The notes: generated by a model not told the origin, from the letters alone. 64,000 bases of DNA from Candidatus Limnocylindrales bacterium (GCA_035559535.1 DATMBG010000029.1:1-64000), one strand, 5' to 3'; positions 22,002-32,734 are shown, counted from the stretch's first letter. A program made the numbers and translations.

Positions 22002-22539
22002 CCCCTTCCTTCCTTAAAGGGCGGTCTCTCACAGAATGAAAATATGATCTAAAACAAGGAGGTTATAAAGAGAAACTGCCCAGCCTTTAAATTTTTTAAT
22101 ATCATGTCCGTAGAGTCTCAAAATGTCAAAATAAAATTATTGGGGAAGGGTTTTTTCTTTACTCTGAGGTAAGATAGAAGGATGGTTTCCCACGCTTTTG
22201 CTTTCAAAAATAAATGGGCCGTAAGGTTTGGTCCTTGCCATTTTCACCACCTCAGGAAATGGCCTTACCTTTTTCCGTCTTTTGATTTTGGACCGTTCGT
22301 CCTGAGCCTGGTCTAGGGGCAAATTCCCGGTCGGAGGCCGAGAGTCGTCCTTGGAAAACTCAGGGCGAACGGGAGAAGGGATCTGTAAATTCTCTACCTC
22401 CAAAAATACCCTTTTAAGCCTGCGGAGGGTTAGGGGACGTTTAAATAGAAAAAGGCTCCCCTACTAAACCGATACAGATACTTCTCAAAGGAGTCCAAGG
22501 AACCTCCCAGGAAGGATAGGAGGTAAGGGGAAACTCTCC

Positions 22540-24000
22540 TTATCCCCAATTTGACAGAGGATATCTTTTGATAACGTCTGCTTCTCTTCTTATACGGTCT
22601 GTCCAGAACACTTGACCCGGTCGTTGAAAGAGATCCCGCAGGTGATTTCGATCAAAATTATCCAACTGATCCTGGGTTTCAAGATAAATATCCATGGCAT
22701 ATCGGAGCAACTTGCCTCCATGTCGACCCAATACCACATAAGGAGCTACCTGCGTTTCTCGATTCCTTTGGGTAAGTATGGCCAATACAGCCCAGGGGTT
22801 TTTGTCATCTTCATCTTTGGATACCCTCTCCCGGGCAACCGTAATCAAGACCTCTAATGCCCGGGCTTCAAAGGCAGCCCAGTCTTCATTTACCCGTTTG
22901 GTAGCCGCTGTGCCGTATTTGCTTAGTGATCTAACAATTTGAAGAAGTAGGGCCTTAAGTTCTTTCAACAAATCATCGGCCTGGGCTATCTTTGTTTTAT
23001 CAAAAAATCCGTTCTGTTCTTCCTTCCGGATATCAATGGATAGTAAGGGATCTGTCCCGATCTCGACGTATCGCTTAAATAACCCCGGGAATTGGACATT
23101 TCCAAGAACATTGTTGCTGGTACCCAGATTAAATTGCCTCTTGGCCTCTCGATTTAAAAAATCAACGTCAGATTGAAGCTGATCTAGATCCTTTGCCAGA
23201 TCTTTAAGCTCTACTTCTACTTTACTCCACAAGATTCGTGGATCTGCAACAGGGAGTCTTTGTTCCAGCGATCCTTCTTGTAATCCGTAATACAGGTTTA
23301 AAACCCCTAATACATCGGTTTTATCTTCATTACCTACCCTACGCTGACTCATTCCGGCCAGCAAAAGATTCACCACGGAGAACAGACTTACCGCCTGGTT
23401 TGCTTCTTCAATACTGATGGGGGATTCAATACTGAATCTGGCATCATCTAACCGGTCCAGGAAGTCTTTGACAACATTCAAGGAGAAATCAATTCCGTCG
23501 GTCTTGATTCCTGAGATAACGGCTACGTTTCGAGCTGCTAGATATTGATTGCCCTGGATACGCACCGTATAAATCCCTGCCGGGAGATTCACAAGGATAT
23601 AATCCCCATTTGCTTCCGTTTTTGTTGATCCGATAATCTGCTCTTGGGCATCTACGACCTCTACCACAGCCTGTGCCACGGGCATACCCTTTTCATTGGT
23701 TACGTGACCTGCTATTGAACCGGTCTGTGCAACCGGAGCTGCTTCCAGTTTGAAGTTGATCCGAGGAGTATCCTGCCCCTCCTTTACCTCAACTTCCATC
23801 CCTCCAGGACTTTTAAATCCTGCGGCCTGAACGTTAACCGTATATTTTCCAGGAGCTAGGTTGGGAATAGCATACTTACCGTTGACATCTGTCAATACCT
23901 CGGCGGATGCAGCTCCTGCAACATCCTTTGCGCTTACCTTAGCCTTCTCAATCCCTTTACCGCTTGTATCTAGGACTTGACCTGAAATCGAACCTGGCAT
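22540..24000 (-). CDS. two carboxypeptidase-regulatory-like beta-sandwich domains plus unknown helical C-domain; last gene of CIS operon
   Basis: GSISGQV..TD.NGKY.I.NL.PG.Y.V repeated twice. Confidence 0.75.
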   Translation of the reverse strand: MPGSISGQVLDTSGKGIEKAKVSAKDVAGAASAEVLTDVNGKYAIPNLAPGKYTVNVQAAGFKSPGGMEVEVKEGQDTPRINFKLEAAPVAQTGSIAGHVTNEKGMPVAQAVVEVVDAQEQIIGSTKTEANGDYILVNLPAGIYTVRIQGNQYLAARNVAVISGIKTDGIDFSLNVVKDFLDRLDDARFSIESPISIEEANQAVSLFSVVNLLLAGMSQRRVGNEDKTDVLGVLNLYYGLQEGSLEQRLPVADPRILWSKVEVELKDLAKDLDQLQSDVDFLNREAKRQFNLGTSNNVLGNVQFPGLFKRYVEIGTDPLLSIDIRKEEQNGFFDKTKIAQADDLLKELKALLLQIVRSLSKYGTAATKRVNEDWAAFEARALEVLITVARERVSKDEDDKNPWAVLAILTQRNRETQVAPYVVLGRHGGKLLRYAMDIYLETQDQLDNFDRNHLRDLFQRPGQVFWTDRIRREADVIKRYPLSNWG

Positions 24001-24001
24001 T

Positions 24002-25336
24002 TTACATACCCTCCTTTTCGGGTAACTCCCCTAACGCCTTCCACGCCAGGAGTGTCTCCCAGGTAAAATTAAGTTTTTGAGTTTCAAGTTTTTGGATCAT
24101 CTCCTCCGTAACTCCCCCTTTCCACAACAACTTACAGGCAATTTTGAATCCAGGCTTTTCTCCCTTGTCTATTCGGATAAGAAATTGTAAACTCTCGTTT
24201 TCCGATTTTGTTAGAAGAAAACCCAAAGGTAAAGAAGCAACCCCGAGTTCCGTTAACAGGGAAAGTCTCCCCCCTATGCTCTCCCATCTAGAACTCGGGT
24301 AATACTGGATCTTTGAAAGACCAAACTGGGTAACCTCTGAATCGATAAAAGTGACTTCTCCCTGGGCGGTAGACTGAAGTTCTAACTTTACCTCCGACGG
24401 AGTTCTCGCTTCGGTTGGACGGACTTCCGGCAAAGCGTGATCTTCCAGGGACCTGTAGTTAGCGGAAATAAGAGTTTGACAGGAGAGGCTGGAGATGGGG
24501 AAATCTAACAGGACTTCTTTTTCAATTAAAGTAAAAAGCAACTCCGGGCTCTGGAAACGGTCTTCACCGTTCAATTTCTTTTTAAGCGGCTCTAAAAGGA
24601 TTGTACTTACTTCGGAATCCGCACCTAAGCGTTCAATACCCTGTCGAACCCGTAATCTCCACGGTATTCGCCCAGAGGGTGGCTTTTCGGAGAGGGAATT
24701 TTCTATCCCTTCCCGGACCATAACACCTTCTGTTGCGGATGCCGAAGAATCTTTTTCTTTTAAAGGTGTTTCCGGTTCTTCAAAACTCTTATCCTTCTCT
24801 GATTCCTTTGTAATCTCCCGGTCCCGGGATTCAGTTTCCCCATTCGGCACTTCTTTTGAGACTTCGGTCTGCTCCGTAGGAAGAAGACTGAGGATTCGAA
24901 AAGTTTCTTCTCCCTCCATTGGTTTGATCAGTCTGGCGATGGGAATTAAATTTTCTCTGGATTCCGGCAAGGTTGCACGTAACAGGACCGAGCAATTATC
25001 CCATATCAGGGTAAATTGTCCTTCAACCTGACCTCCTTCAACCTGATCATATTTGATACAGACATACTGAGAATCTTCTTGGGGCTTGAAAACCACTTCC
25101 ACATCCTTGGGTTCGTCACAAACGATGCGATTCCTCTGGAAATCAAAAGCCAGTCCCGGTTGAACGGTAATGGTATGGGCATCCCTGGGTAGGACCTTAA
25201 AACCGTAGTAAACTTTTCCAAGTCCCAAAATTTCCCGGATATCCTGGAGAGCCGAGTGGAAAGACCCCTGTAGATGGTCCATATGTTCCGTTGTAATCCG
25301 CAAACCGTCAAAAACCCGAATTTGTCTTGGTTTCAT
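24002..25336 (-). CDS. putative tail-fibre/baseplate attachment protein
   Basis: N-terminal RVFDGLRITTE..GFKV..ITVQPGLAFD..RIV resembles CIS fibre-anchor N-termini. Confidence 0.5.
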   Translation of the reverse strand: MKPRQIRVFDGLRITTEHMDHLQGSFHSALQDIREILGLGKVYYGFKVLPRDAHTITVQPGLAFDFQRNRIVCDEPKDVEVVFKPQEDSQYVCIKYDQVEGGQVEGQFTLIWDNCSVLLRATLPESRENLIPIARLIKPMEGEETFRILSLLPTEQTEVSKEVPNGETESRDREITKESEKDKSFEEPETPLKEKDSSASATEGVMVREGIENSLSEKPPSGRIPWRLRVRQGIERLGADSEVSTILLEPLKKKLNGEDRFQSPELLFTLIEKEVLLDFPISSLSCQTLISANYRSLEDHALPEVRPTEARTPSEVKLELQSTAQGEVTFIDSEVTQFGLSKIQYYPSSRWESIGGRLSLLTELGVASLPLGFLLTKSENESLQFLIRIDKGEKPGFKIACKLLWKGGVTEEMIQKLETQKLNFTWETLLAWKALGELPEKEGM

Positions 25337-25455
25337 AATAAACTTTCATAACCCTTTGGGTCACCATATCCTATGAAGATAGAAGATAAAGCGACCTTAG
25401 ACTTTGACCTCTCGTAAGAAACTCATTCATTTCCAATAAAATTCCCGGCTTTGCC

Positions 25456-26865
25456 CTAACGGTGATATTCTTGAATTATATTGGCAAGGCTTAAGGTTCC
25501 CCGGGCATGGGATTTAACCTTAAGGTCCACTTGTTGGAGGTTATAGGTTTCGATATCAAAAGAAATGGTTTGTGCTCCGGGTTTAGGATCAATCCGTTGC
25601 CACCTCTGGGTCCCTTCAATACCGATTTCGATCGCTGCTGTTTGGTTGTCGATTCCAGGGAGATAAACCAATCGGAGCAATGCCGTACAGGCTGGATCAG
25701 ACAGACCCCGTAGGGGTTTCCAGAGACGTCCGCCCCGATTAACAAGGATTTGCTGAAGATAACCCGTCTGGGTTTGAAGGGCCAGTCGAACCTTCCCCTG
25801 GATTCCTTTGATGACTATCCAATAGGGGGTTTGGGCTTTTAAGTCCACAGGGGCTTGAAAGCCGGTGAAAATCCATTCCGGGTCTCCATTCTTTCCGGTA
25901 GGGACCAGGGTCTGTTTCGACTTTGCTAAGGGGGCTTCTAGGGAAGGAAATCCATTTGTGTCGTTTTGAATAGCGACGTACAATTCTGCCCCGGCGTTCA
26001 TTTGAAAAAGCCCGGTCACTCCTACTCCCTGCATAGAGGTTTCCAACATAAATCGTTGGGCCACGGAATAGTCTCCACTTACCGTGGCAAACTCTTTCCC
26101 ATCATGATTCTCAACGTTTCCAAGTAGCCTTTCCGAACCGAATTCACCACCGATGTCCATCTCTATCTTTCTGATTCTGTGACCCATGGGATCGGATATG
26201 GGATCTAGAAGGATTTTCTCACTCATTCCATAACTCAAGGGCAGGTTTCGGTCAAATCGAATGGTGTCATCTAAGGGATTCTTCCAGGTTTGGGTCTGTA
26301 ACAGGGAATAATCCAGACCGGCCCTGTTAATATTGATTTTGACCTTCCCAGGGGTATCCGATTTGATAAGGAACCGAAGGATAACCTGACCGTTCTCAGG
26401 TTGTATTTTATCTAGATAGGCATTGACTTGTTTTGCAAAATCAGGCAGGGTGTATTGATCGTTGACCAGTCCACCTGCGAAGGTCCAGAATACTTCTCCC
26501 TGATCCAATCTCAGTGAAACATTTCTGGGACGTGTAGGCATGTCGATTTCCAACCGATAAGTCTCCTTTTGGCCTTCATCCTTTTTTACACCCACGGTTG
26601 TTTGTTCTGGTCTTACCGGAGAGGTATCTTCGGTGACTTGAAGGGTGGCACCGATTTTTTTAACATTGGCATTGACAGGCAAATCCGATAGCGGAACGAG
26701 AACTTCGGTTTCTTCTCCGGGTTTTAAGGGAACAAAATCCTTCTCTAAACCCAGGATGGCTTCAACAGAAAGCTTATCGGGGCGAAAGAGATACGCTTCC
26801 TGAAAGGCCAGGCCCCGTTCACCTTTAATCCCTACATTTATTAAATGGGGAGGTTTAAATTCCAT
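25456..26865 (-). CDS. beta-rich hypothetical, putative fibre/receptor-binding protein
   Basis: SVAQRF..LYVAI..D.NG.P..W..F..PVDL....YWIVI beta-sandwich pattern; in operon. Confidence 0.45.
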   Translation of the reverse strand: MEFKPPHLINVGIKGERGLAFQEAYLFRPDKLSVEAILGLEKDFVPLKPGEETEVLVPLSDLPVNANVKKIGATLQVTEDTSPVRPEQTTVGVKKDEGQKETYRLEIDMPTRPRNVSLRLDQGEVFWTFAGGLVNDQYTLPDFAKQVNAYLDKIQPENGQVILRFLIKSDTPGKVKININRAGLDYSLLQTQTWKNPLDDTIRFDRNLPLSYGMSEKILLDPISDPMGHRIRKIEMDIGGEFGSERLLGNVENHDGKEFATVSGDYSVAQRFMLETSMQGVGVTGLFQMNAGAELYVAIQNDTNGFPSLEAPLAKSKQTLVPTGKNGDPEWIFTGFQAPVDLKAQTPYWIVIKGIQGKVRLALQTQTGYLQQILVNRGGRLWKPLRGLSDPACTALLRLVYLPGIDNQTAAIEIGIEGTQRWQRIDPKPGAQTISFDIETYNLQQVDLKVKSHARGTLSLANIIQEYHR

Positions 26866-26871
26866 AACCTC

Positions 26872-27729
26872 TCATCTTAACCTTTGTGCGGCAGTTTTGG
26901 GAATCTTATATCCCTGATAGCTGACCAGTTCTCCCAAAATGGATTGGAGGACTTCCTCTGCCTTTACGACATCCTGATGTTCCACGGCCACAAGAATCAA
27001 ATAAGGGGGTTCCAGCGGGGTCCCGGGAGGTGGATACTGCCAGACAATACGGCGATTTTCCAGGAGGTCTTTGTCGGTGGTATGGGGCATATTTTCTATA
27101 CGTACCTCCTCCTCCAGTTCTGGATCATTTAAGATGGCAATGGAAACGATATGATCCATCACCTCCAATTTGTTACGATCCATGTTAAACGCTTCGGCGA
27201 AATCTTGTTTAGTCGTGTCGGTCCAGTCTTTGGCCAGCTCATTGAGGACTTCTCCGACTTTAACCTTACGTTCCAAATAATTCATCAGACCACCCGCCGC
27301 CATATTTTTGTTTATAATCGTATTAATGGCCTCCATCACAGTGGCCGGGTTTGCCATGTTAAGATGTTCAATGGCCCCTCGGGCCAATTGGGTTGTTGTC
27401 TTGGGTAAGAGAAGTGGCGGCAGAAACGGTAACAGAATATCCGGCCTGACAAAGGTTGCCGCGGGTAATTTTGTAGCAACCGCCGTTGCCAAAGGTTGAG
27501 TTGAAGAGAGAGCTTCTTTAGCAGGTTGGGTTAAGAGTTCTGGAATAAAAGCTGTAGTTACCGGACTCCCGGCAGTTACCCCGGTCAAAGGTTGGGTCGG
27601 TTGTGGAATTACCCGGGTCGTTTCAAACGATTTTGGAGAAGACAGGGTCATGGCTGTAGCAGGCTGGCTCCCTAACCTTCCTTCCCCTTTTGAATTCTTA
27701 AAACTATTAAGATTCGCACTAATGGCCAT
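26872..27729 (-). CDS. hypothetical, P/T-rich N-terminus and PASTA-like C-terminal motif
   Basis: IVWQYPPPGTPL..LILVAV; GGAG SD; in operon. Confidence 0.5.
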   Translation of the reverse strand: MAISANLNSFKNSKGEGRLGSQPATAMTLSSPKSFETTRVIPQPTQPLTGVTAGSPVTTAFIPELLTQPAKEALSSTQPLATAVATKLPAATFVRPDILLPFLPPLLLPKTTTQLARGAIEHLNMANPATVMEAINTIINKNMAAGGLMNYLERKVKVGEVLNELAKDWTDTTKQDFAEAFNMDRNKLEVMDHIVSIAILNDPELEEEVRIENMPHTTDKDLLENRRIVWQYPPPGTPLEPPYLILVAVEHQDVVKAEEVLQSILGELVSYQGYKIPKTAAQRLR

Positions 27730-27752
27730 TTTATAACTCCTTTCTACTTTTT

Positions 27753-28466
27753 TTATTTTGAAAGTACCTGTTTAGCTTCGACCAGAGAAAGCCCGATCAG
27801 TTGGGAAGTATTCATAGGAGTCATCGGAAAGGTAATATCTCCCAGGATCGCGCGTAATCTTTCTGAAGCTTCCCGGTAGGTTAATCCTAATAGATTGGGG
27901 GCAAAACGACGGGTTTCAACCGCTTCGGTCAAGATGATGATAACCCTTCGCTCTCCCGGTATCACCGGCATAACCTGAAGGACCTTGCGGTTATCCAACG
28001 CCGTGTCATGAGGGTTTTCTATCTCCGTGCCGAAGACGGTTAAGACTTTGTAGATCCCATACTGCTGAGAGATTAATGCCAATCTGGCCTCCTCAAAACT
28101 GCGACCAAAAAGGGTACTGGAAAGCAAAAACATATCATAAAGGATTTTAAGACTTTGGGATAACTTCTTGAAATCATCGGCTTTAATTCGATCTCCCGGG
28201 GATGGGAACGGGAGGTCTTGAAAAGGATTACTTCCGGGCGCCCCCGGTAGGGGTGCCAGAGGTTCCATTCCCTCACCCCCTCGCTCCTTCTCTCCTAAGC
28301 CGGGAGAGGGGGAAGGAGGGTAAGGGGATGTAGCCCCTACAGGGGTTTCAGTCGGGGATTTCAAGGGTGCTTCGCCTGGGCCGGGCTTCAAAAAAGTTAC
28401 GCCGGTACTTACCGATTGGACGGTTTTTAATTTTTCGATGCCAATCTTAAATTTTTCATCGGGCAT
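27753..28466 (-). CDS. hypothetical with PASTA-like motifs and an in-frame REP-derived segment
   Basis: GRSFEEARLAL, PNLLGLTYREASERL, QLIGLSLVEAKQVL. Confidence 0.55.
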   Translation of the reverse strand: MPDEKFKIGIEKLKTVQSVSTGVTFLKPGPGEAPLKSPTETPVGATSPYPPSPSPGLGEKERGGEGMEPLAPLPGAPGSNPFQDLPFPSPGDRIKADDFKKLSQSLKILYDMFLLSSTLFGRSFEEARLALISQQYGIYKVLTVFGTEIENPHDTALDNRKVLQVMPVIPGERRVIIILTEAVETRRFAPNLLGLTYREASERLRAILGDITFPMTPMNTSQLIGLSLVEAKQVLSK

Positions 28467-28493
28467 GGAATGACCTCCAGGATTTAATGACGA

Positions 28494-29924
28494 TTAGGAC
28501 GTTGTATCTAACGGTACAAACGCATCGGCTTTTTGGTTCTGTAATCGGGTAGCATGGATTTCTACTCCTTCACCTTCCGTTATAGTCGGATCGCGAAGAA
28601 TACTCTCTCCTAAAATCCAGGTATCCCTGGCCGTATCTACAAAGGCACGAATCCCTGCTGCTTTAAAGCGAGGTAAAATACTTCCTATACGGCTCACAGG
28701 ATTCATTGCCGGCCATATCAAACGGGACGTTTGACCTACCATTTGAATCGTATCCTGGGTAGACGTGGAGGTTTGACTTTGCTTCCGGGGAATATGTGCC
28801 GGTAATATCAGCTTAAAGGAACAGGGAATTCGCTCATCCCAGGCCATACCCAGGATACCACTTGCGGGAAAGTCGAAAACACAGGCATCAAAATGGAAAT
28901 CTTCATCATAAATTCCGATGGGTTCTGGATTTGTTACGTACACCGAAAAATCGTAAGGACTCCCATCGTAGGTCCCTTCGGCTACTTTGAAATACCATTC
29001 TGATCGACCTAAAGGCATGGTAAGGGGAGGTTTTTTGTTTTGGAAAGGACCTGAGACTAGGTTTTCAAGATTGCCATCAAAGGGATCTACAGAATCAACC
29101 TGCTCCTGAACAAAATCTACGCCGTTCCATCGGCCAAAGTTAAAATTTCCTCCCTTAAAGTAAACAAGCCATTGATCCACCGATCGATTATCCAGCAGAG
29201 CTCCCTGGGATTCATCGATGACCAGGGTTTTCCCATGGGGAATGATGCCGTTAAATAAGATTCCTTCTTCTGTGGTAGGACAGAAGACACTGGGCAAAAC
29301 GGTACGATCGCCGATCCCCTGGAGAACCAGTTTTATTGGGGAAACTTCAACATTTTTATTTTCAATGGCCCACGTGTTCAAGGGCCAGCGTTCAACCGGT
29401 TCTACTTTCTTGCGGCAAAATGGATTTTCATACAGATAGATTCGTTCCCGGGGTTTTTCAGGGAGGTGGGAGAACTCAATTATCGCTTTGTGGGAGTACA
29501 ACTCTTTATCGATATGCTTAATAAGCGGATCACCTGGACGCTCAGGGATCAGGGTTGCGTTCAAGAAGATGGCCACACTCTCCATCACCGCCCCGGGTGT
29601 TCCCAGGCCTGTCAGGTGGACCCTGGCAATTCGCTGTACCCGTTCCCGCATCAAATCTAATTTTTGACTGTACTCTAGAGTTCTATCAGTCAAGATATCC
29701 TCGAAATGAAACGCGGTAAGATTCAAGGTGGCGGCAAGCCGGATGATATCCTCTGCCTGTTCAGCCACCTTTATACGATGGGCCCGCTGGATACGAAAAA
29801 GCTGGGTATCAGCTTCTTCCAAAGGTTGGGCTAACCACCGTACTACTTCATAAAGCAACTTTGTGCGATCGGTGGCTCTATAGAATGCCGGAAAAAAACT
29901 CAGAATACGATCAGACCTGGCCAT
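28494..29924 (-). CDS. baseplate wedge protein (gpI/gp7-like)
   Basis: Overlaps end of baseplate J; GLGTPGAV and terminal 'RFKAAGIRA' motif typical of gpI-like wedges. Confidence 0.6.
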   Translation of the reverse strand: MARSDRILSFFPAFYRATDRTKLLYEVVRWLAQPLEEADTQLFRIQRAHRIKVAEQAEDIIRLAATLNLTAFHFEDILTDRTLEYSQKLDLMRERVQRIARVHLTGLGTPGAVMESVAIFLNATLIPERPGDPLIKHIDKELYSHKAIIEFSHLPEKPRERIYLYENPFCRKKVEPVERWPLNTWAIENKNVEVSPIKLVLQGIGDRTVLPSVFCPTTEEGILFNGIIPHGKTLVIDESQGALLDNRSVDQWLVYFKGGNFNFGRWNGVDFVQEQVDSVDPFDGNLENLVSGPFQNKKPPLTMPLGRSEWYFKVAEGTYDGSPYDFSVYVTNPEPIGIYDEDFHFDACVFDFPASGILGMAWDERIPCSFKLILPAHIPRKQSQTSTSTQDTIQMVGQTSRLIWPAMNPVSRIGSILPRFKAAGIRAFVDTARDTWILGESILRDPTITEGEGVEIHATRLQNQKADAFVPLDTTS

Positions 29925-31761
29925 CTAATACCCCCCATATTTTTATGTTTGGTTCTCGTAATTCGGGAACCTGGTATTCTTCTAAAGAGACTTCTTCGGT
30001 GTTATTGAGCAATCGTCCGGTTTCCTCATACTCGGCATTTAATACAACGGCATTGCTGGCGATAAGCTGCAGGTGGGGTGCAACGGTTTCAAGGGCGGCG
30101 CTGATTTCCGTTTTTATATCTGTTTTCAGCAATTTGCCCCGGGCTGCTACGAGCACTCGATTGATGGCATCGGTTATAGCCGTACGAAGCGATTGAGTTA
30201 CCTCGGCCCGCTGATCCCGGCGCCTGGATTCCAGTTGTACCAACACTTCGATGAATACCGTTTCATCCATCAACCCTACAAAGACATGGTAAACCTCGGT
30301 TTTTGCTTTGCGGCCGTCGGTTGCAAGATTAGATTTATAAAACTCCTTACCGGATGCTGCACCAACCAGCAACACAGCATCCAGTACCTCCTCAGATTGG
30401 ACAATCCGACCCAGGAGCTTGTTATAGATCAGATCAGCACCCATAGGAAGGGTTTCTATGTAATCCACCACCTGCGCACGAACGGCATCCTCAATGCTTT
30501 CTTTTTGAGCCACTGAAAGGTTTCGTTCTGCTAATCTCAGGAGAACCTCAACCTGTAGGGGGAGAAGCCCTTCCGGCATTTGACGGAGGGTTTCCTGGGG
30601 TAGATGAATCGCGGCTCGGGGATCTCCTTTTTCCTTAAAATGAGCAGTTACTTCTTCTCGTGGAATGGGTTTTTGCCCGGCTTCAGCCCGTTGGGTACTT
30701 TCAGATTTCGTGCGGGTCGGTAAGTTATGCACCACGCGTACCCCGGCGGCTCTGGAGTTGAAAATGGCCTCTTCGACCCGTCTCACCAGGTCTGCATCTT
30801 CTATGGATCCTAATCCCAGCTTGACTTCTACAAAACCCGGTACTTCGGGTCGTTCTAGTATCTGGATATTACTTTCTGTAATTTCAGGTAATTCCTCAAT
30901 AAGATGATACTTAATGGCATCCAGGGTTGCTTTTCCGGCCCGTTCCAGAGTTCCTTTGATACGTCTTCGGAATTCTTCATCGGTTTCTTTAGCTGCGGCA
31001 AAAAAAGTGGCTTCTTCATTAATAACCGATTCGATTCCAAAGATCGGCCGATTGATGTTTTTAATCGTACCTGCTTCGACTCGGCCAGTTGGACCTTCTA
31101 CCTGGGCCCGGATCGGTACAATTACTGAGAGCTGGTCTTTGCGCAACGTACGCTTATCGGTGGTTTCAAAATTCAAACCCAGATCGGTGGAAACCAGAGT
31201 ACCTGCCGGAATGGTAATGTCACCCGGTGCCGGAGTACTTCGTTTAAAAAGAACTTCACCGCCGGCAAACTTGGCATCTTTACGGGTTAAACCGAGTAAG
31301 GCAGCCACATGATCCAGGGAAATACCCGTGGCCAGATCCACGAAGGGCGACCGATAAATCAACTCCATTTGTTTATGCAAAACGGCAAATTCCCGCGCAA
31401 AAGCTTCGGCCAGCGTGGTGGTCACACTACCTGGATTTCGATCCGTCAGTCTTCTTTGACCTTCTTCAAGATAGTAATTAACATAGAAAAAGCTATGATC
31501 ATCAGGTAATTTTCCATCGGACTTCCAGATGAGGGCTTCCTGGTCCTGGTTGTAAATATAATCAATACCCCTTTCAAAGAGGGCAAAGGCCTCATGGCGT
31601 TGTCCAAATACCTTGATGCTGGCCGGTATGACACCAGGAGAAGCCAGGCCGTAAGGCTCTTCGGTTCCAATGAACTGATGTTCCTCCCGCACCATACCAC
31701 CTGTAAGAGCGGTCAACAGGTCATCTACAAATTGTTCGTAGGGTTGCGCAACAAAAGTCAT
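29911..31761 (-). CDS. baseplate J-like (gp6/gp47) protein
   Basis: TDRNPGSV, ATGISLDHVAALLGLTRK, IPAGTLVST, ETDEEFRRR, RAAGVRV. Confidence 0.9.
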   Translation of the reverse strand: MTFVAQPYEQFVDDLLTALTGGMVREEHQFIGTEEPYGLASPGVIPASIKVFGQRHEAFALFERGIDYIYNQDQEALIWKSDGKLPDDHSFFYVNYYLEEGQRRLTDRNPGSVTTTLAEAFAREFAVLHKQMELIYRSPFVDLATGISLDHVAALLGLTRKDAKFAGGEVLFKRSTPAPGDITIPAGTLVSTDLGLNFETTDKRTLRKDQLSVIVPIRAQVEGPTGRVEAGTIKNINRPIFGIESVINEEATFFAAAKETDEEFRRRIKGTLERAGKATLDAIKYHLIEELPEITESNIQILERPEVPGFVEVKLGLGSIEDADLVRRVEEAIFNSRAAGVRVVHNLPTRTKSESTQRAEAGQKPIPREEVTAHFKEKGDPRAAIHLPQETLRQMPEGLLPLQVEVLLRLAERNLSVAQKESIEDAVRAQVVDYIETLPMGADLIYNKLLGRIVQSEEVLDAVLLVGAASGKEFYKSNLATDGRKAKTEVYHVFVGLMDETVFIEVLVQLESRRRDQRAEVTQSLRTAITDAINRVLVAARGKLLKTDIKTEISAALETVAPHLQLIASNAVVLNAEYEETGRLLNNTEEVSLEEYQVPELREPNIKIWGVLDGQV

Positions 31762-32246
31762 TACAGAGGTCCTTCAAATAAAAAGGGAATCACCAGACTC
31801 AAGGGATCTGGAAACCCCTTCATTTGGACGGTGATATAAATATCCACCTTATCCCGATTCTCACGCCCCTGGCTCGGTCTCACATCGATCCTTTGAATCG
31901 CTTCAAGCCTCGGCTCCTGCTTTAAGCATTCCAACACGTAAAGTTTAATCAAATTTCGGTTACCTTCTGTGTTTGGTTCCCCTATCAGCTCATGATGCCG
32001 TGAGCCGTAATTGGGATGACCTAACCCGGCCAGTTCACCCCGTTCTGTTTTGAGCCGAAGAATCAAGCTCTGGATCAGATTCGCCTTTCCGTTGACCATC
32101 CTCAGGTCCATTGTACGGGGAGCAACCTCCTCACGAAGTTTTGCCTGCAGGTCTACCCGTGAATAGGGACCGGCAAACACCCGACCTTCTTCATCGGCTA
32201 TAAAACCCAAATCGAAATCTTGACCCAAAAAAATTTCATCGGCCAT
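31761..32246 (-). CDS. gp25/GPW baseplate wedge protein
   Basis: NLIQSLILRLKTERGEL..HPNYGSR.HELIGEP, QEPR. Confidence 0.9.
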   Translation of the reverse strand: MADEIFLGQDFDLGFIADEEGRVFAGPYSRVDLQAKLREEVAPRTMDLRMVNGKANLIQSLILRLKTERGELAGLGHPNYGSRHHELIGEPNTEGNRNLIKLYVLECLKQEPRLEAIQRIDVRPSQGRENRDKVDIYITVQMKGFPDPLSLVIPFLFEGPL

Positions 32247-32470
32247 GGTACTTTTCTGCCCCCACCCCTCTCCGGACGCGGGGACAAGATTCTCCGTGTC
32301 CCCCAGTCTCCGCGTCCGGGGAGGGGGGCCGAGAATTACCCAAAACTAACTTTATAAGAGAGTTGTGCGAAATGATAGCTCGCCCCAACAATTCACGAAC
32401 GAGTATTTCGCGCTACCTCATACGGTCCCTTTAACAGGCGTAGTAATTATTGACAGTACTAAGTTACGAA

Positions 32471-32734
32471 TTAGGTAGCTTTACTAAAATTGAGATCCAT
32501 TTTTTCGACGGTATAAGTTATAGCAGTATCAGACGGATCCTTGACGGTGATACTCTTGAGTATGTCCTCTTCGTGATCCTTCAAATACTCCAAAATCCCG
32601 CGTGCTATAGCGGCGAATAACAATCGCCGATCCTCTGAGCCGGCAGCGGGTAGCGGGGTTCCTTTAACCACCTGCCATTCATTCTTAAAGGCTGCTTCTA
32701 TAGCTTCCGTCATATGGGTAGCTTCCAGTGCCAT
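32471..32734 (-). CDS. small hypothetical between spike and gp25
   Basis: 87-aa ORF with GGAG SD, co-oriented in operon. Confidence 0.6.
   Translation of the reverse strand: MALEATHMTEAIEAAFKNEWQVVKGTPLPAAGSEDRRLLFAAIARGILEYLKDHEEDILKSITVKDPSDTAITYTVEKMDLNFSKAT

Noticed and set aside
22137-22403. 88-aa minus-strand ORF after the CIS
   Set aside because: TTG start, low complexity, no motif; cannot support
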